From the UHGV virus genome UHGV-1552111: a stretch of 10,205 nt of DNA. One strand, written 5' to 3'. Each line of letters begins with the position of its first letter. The first letter of the stretch is position 1. Below the pieces are notes generated by a model, which saw only the letters and a program-made list of their open reading frames with translations, was not told where the DNA came from and did not search any database. This stretch comes from a virus. The position numbers and the translations under genes are program-made. Positions 8,178 through 10,205 of the stretch are shown here, piece after piece.

Positions 8178-8550
8178 TTTTCGGCGCGACTTCCCGCAGT
8201 TTGCTGACCCGGCAAAATATCCCGACGTCCAAATCGAGTTCCGTCTGAATCTGGCCGATGAACTGCTGAGCGAAAACGTCACCGGCAAAAAGTTGTTTCC
8301 GTACTTTGCCGAGTTGTTCGTGGCTCATTACATGACGCTCTGGGCGGCAGATAGCCGGGCAATGCTGGTTGGCGGTCCGGGCGGTTCAACCAATGGTGTT
8401 CAGTCCTCTAAGTCCGTTGACAAGGTAAGCGTCAGCTATGACACCAGCGCGACGCTAAACCCTGACGCAGGCTTCTGGAATAACACCCGATATGGCGCTG
8501 AATTTTATCAGCTGATCACGATGTTCGGTGCGGGCGGTCGCCAGCTATGA
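8143..8550 (+). CDS. Putative head-tail adaptor/connector protein (DUF4054-like)
   Basis: The ORF track start at 8044 is a TTG deep inside the previous gene. In-frame ATGs at 8131 and 8143 are more plausible; I chose 8143 (GGGG 6 nt upstream), giving an N-terminus [23 protein letters not shown]. Family call is from memory; start is uncertain by about 12 nt. Confidence 0.6.
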   Translation: MPKNQSLPTVSDFRRDFPQFADPAKYPDVQIEFRLNLADELLSENVTGKKLFPYFAELFVAHYMTLWAADSRAMLVGGPGGSTNGVQSSKSVDKVSVSYDTSATLNPDAGFWNNTRYGAEFYQLITMFGAGGRQL

Positions 8551-9134
8551 GTTTCAAAAGCGGTGTAACAACGAGGGTTGATAACGCTCAGGCCATTCTG
8601 GATGCGCTCAGGTTGCTAACCAAAAAGGATGTGCTGGTCGGCATCCCTTCGGAAGACAGCGAGCGTGAAGATGTTCCGTTTGGTAATGCGGGGATCGGCT
8701 ACGTTAATGAATACGGCTCACCGGCGCAAAATATCCCCCCACGCCCGCACCTGATCCCCGGCGTTAAATCGGTAGAGGAACAGACGGTGCCGCAGCTCAA
8801 AGCAGCCGCGCAGGCTGCGCTTGATGGTAATGCGGCGGGTGCGGAAAGAGCGCTCAACCGCGCCGGAACGCTGGCCGCTAATGGCGTCAGGCGTTACATG
8901 ACTATTACCGGCTTTACACCGCTTGCTGATAGCACCGTTGAAGCCCGCGCGCGTCGAGGGCGTAAAGGGGCGAAAGCCGAGTTAGCACGCAGATCAGCAG
9001 ATGGAAAGCTTAATGCTATCAACCCGGATTCTGGTCAATTGATAAGCAATGAGAATGTAAGGCCGTTGATTGATACCGGACAGTACCGCAGAGCCATTAC
9101 CCACGTTGTGAGGGATAAAGATGCCGAATCTTGA
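8547..9134 (+). CDS. HK97 gp10-like head-tail joining / tail completion protein
   Basis: 195-aa ORF with ATGA overlap with the preceding gene at 8547..8550. Contains [24 protein letters not shown], resembling the conserved HK97 gp10-family motif as recalled. Confidence 0.65.
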   Translation: MSFKSGVTTRVDNAQAILDALRLLTKKDVLVGIPSEDSEREDVPFGNAGIGYVNEYGSPAQNIPPRPHLIPGVKSVEEQTVPQLKAAAQAALDGNAAGAERALNRAGTLAANGVRRYMTITGFTPLADSTVEARARRGRKGAKAELARRSADGKLNAINPDSGQLISNENVRPLIDTGQYRRAITHVVRDKDAES

Positions 9135-9510
9135 TGTGACGGACGTACTTTTTGACCCCGATTTTTGCGACTTCAACCTGTGGGTAACGCGTCGCGTGCA
9201 AACGGTGGACGATGACGGGATCGGCAGCGACAGTGAAGTTAAAACGCAGTTTGCCGGAGACGTAACTGTTGATCGCTCTCTGGAAAACCGTCGTATGCAG
9301 GCCGGGCAGGTAATCAGTGGTGCAATTCTGATTGTGACGACTGAGCGACTGACGCAGGGACAGACTGGCCGTGATGCCGATATCGTGACGTATCAGAACC
9401 GTGATTATCGCGTGACATTCGTCGACCCGTATACGGCTTACGGTGCTGGCTTCGTCCAGGCACATTGCGAACTGTTGCCGTTTGATGGGGGTACTCCCGT
9501 TGAGCAATAA
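9121..9510 (+). CDS. Putative neck / head-tail joining protein
   Basis: 129-aa ORF with ATG at 9121 preceded by GAGGGA. Overlaps the previous gene by 14 nt. Position in the neck gene block between the gp10-like gene and the tail genes. No specific family recognised. Confidence 0.55.
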   Translation: MPNLDVTDVLFDPDFCDFNLWVTRRVQTVDDDGIGSDSEVKTQFAGDVTVDRSLENRRMQAGQVISGAILIVTTERLTQGQTGRDADIVTYQNRDYRVTFVDPYTAYGAGFVQAHCELLPFDGGTPVEQ

Positions 9511-10048
9511 CACCAGCACAGAGCGCGGCTGGCTGACACCCACCAGCGGCGATCCTGATTATGACGAAGCGCTCGACAGGCTGCTAAGCCGATGGATGCG
9601 CAATGTTTCCGGCTTGCCTGCGGGGATGGTTCGCCCGCGCTGGCAGAAAGAACAGCCATCACTACCGTCAGTTGAAACGAACTGGTGTGCGTTCGGCGTT
9701 ACCGGGTGGCCCATTGATAACAGTCCTGCATTCACCAATCAGACCGACAAGGGCGCTCAGCTCTGGCGGCATGAAACGTTCGAGTGCATGGCGTCGTTCT
9801 ATGGCCCGGCTGGTATGTCTTATGCGTCCCGTTTTCGAGATGGCATATCTATCCCGCAAAACAATGCTGAGCTGAACGCGCTTGGTTTGTCTCTGGGCGA
9901 CTATACCGGTCTGACCCCTTTCCCCGAACTTATCAACCAGCAATGGGTTCGCCGCTACGACATGACGGTGCGCCTGCGCCGGAAGGTCGTGCGCGAGTAC
10001 GGCATTAAATCGCTGGTGGAAGCGCCAGTCACCTTTTTTGGAGAATAA
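9485..10048 (+). CDS. Putative tail terminator / neck protein preceding the tail sheath
   Basis: The ORF track start at 9443 is a GTG; the first in-frame ATG is at 9485. A TTG at 9500 preceded by GGGGG is an alternative. Overlaps the previous gene by about 26 nt. Sits immediately upstream of the sheath-like gene; call is by position. Confidence 0.55.
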   Translation: MGVLPLSNNTSTERGWLTPTSGDPDYDEALDRLLSRWMRNVSGLPAGMVRPRWQKEQPSLPSVETNWCAFGVTGWPIDNSPAFTNQTDKGAQLWRHETFECMASFYGPAGMSYASRFRDGISIPQNNAELNALGLSLGDYTGLTPFPELINQQWVRRYDMTVRLRRKVVREYGIKSLVEAPVTFFGE

Positions 10049-10050
10049 AC

Positions 10051-10205
10051 TATGACGCAGGGCTTACCTGTATCCAACGTTGTAAACGTTGATGTGATCA
10101 TCTCGCCGAAAGCGGCTACTGGTCGTAACTTCGGCGCGCTGCTGATCCTCGGTTCTTCCACTGTCATTCCGGTGCAGGAGCGCATTCGCCTTTATGCGTC
10201 CGTTG
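10051..10205 (+). CDS. Putative tail sheath protein (DUF3383-like), 5' part only; continues beyond the window
   Basis: ATG at 10051 with GGAGA RBS 7 nt upstream. The frame is open to the window end and translates to [51 protein letters not shown], which resembles the N-terminus of DUF3383-type sheath proteins as recalled. Not in the ORF track because no stop is reached. Confidence 0.55.

Noticed and set aside
9443-9484. ORF track start (GTG at 9443) for the tail terminator-like gene
   Set aside because: Would overlap the previous gene by 68 nt; the first in-frame ATG at 9485 or the TTG at 9500 with GGGGG upstream fits better.
1-10205. CRISPR arrays, tRNA/rRNA genes, IS elements, integrase or att sites
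   Set aside because: No regularly spaced repeats, no cloverleaf-like or rRNA-like segments, no inverted terminal repeats or transposase/integrase-like ORFs; the window is fully occupied by co-oriented structural genes.

Overview
The whole window reads as one co-oriented (+ strand) late/morphogenesis module of a tailed phage or prophage, apparently a myovirus type (a tail sheath-like gene begins at the 3' edge), in high-GC Enterobacterales-like sequence. Gene order: HExxH metallopeptidase-like protein (open at the 5' edge) -> small terminase -> large terminase -> portal -> MuF-like head morphogenesis -> small AT-richer ORF -> scaffold/protease-like protein with acidic low-complexity linker -> capsid decoration-like -> major capsid -> GC hairpin -> coiled-coil protein -> head-tail adaptor-like -> HK97 gp10-like -> two neck/tail-terminator-like proteins -> start of tail sheath-like gene. 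Genes are tightly packed with several ATGA stop/start overlaps; all minus-strand ORFs in the track sit inside these genes and look like high-GC artefacts. I saw no rRNA/tRNA, CRISPR array, IS element or integrase. Family names are recalled from memory of the protein sequences, not from any search. I do not see a clear multi-gene novel system; the window is mostly an ordinary structural module. The loci most worth a second look are the compositionally distinct 66-aa ORF inserted in the head module, the HExxH/Cys-rich protein before the terminase, and the repeat-containing coiled-coil protein after the capsid gene.
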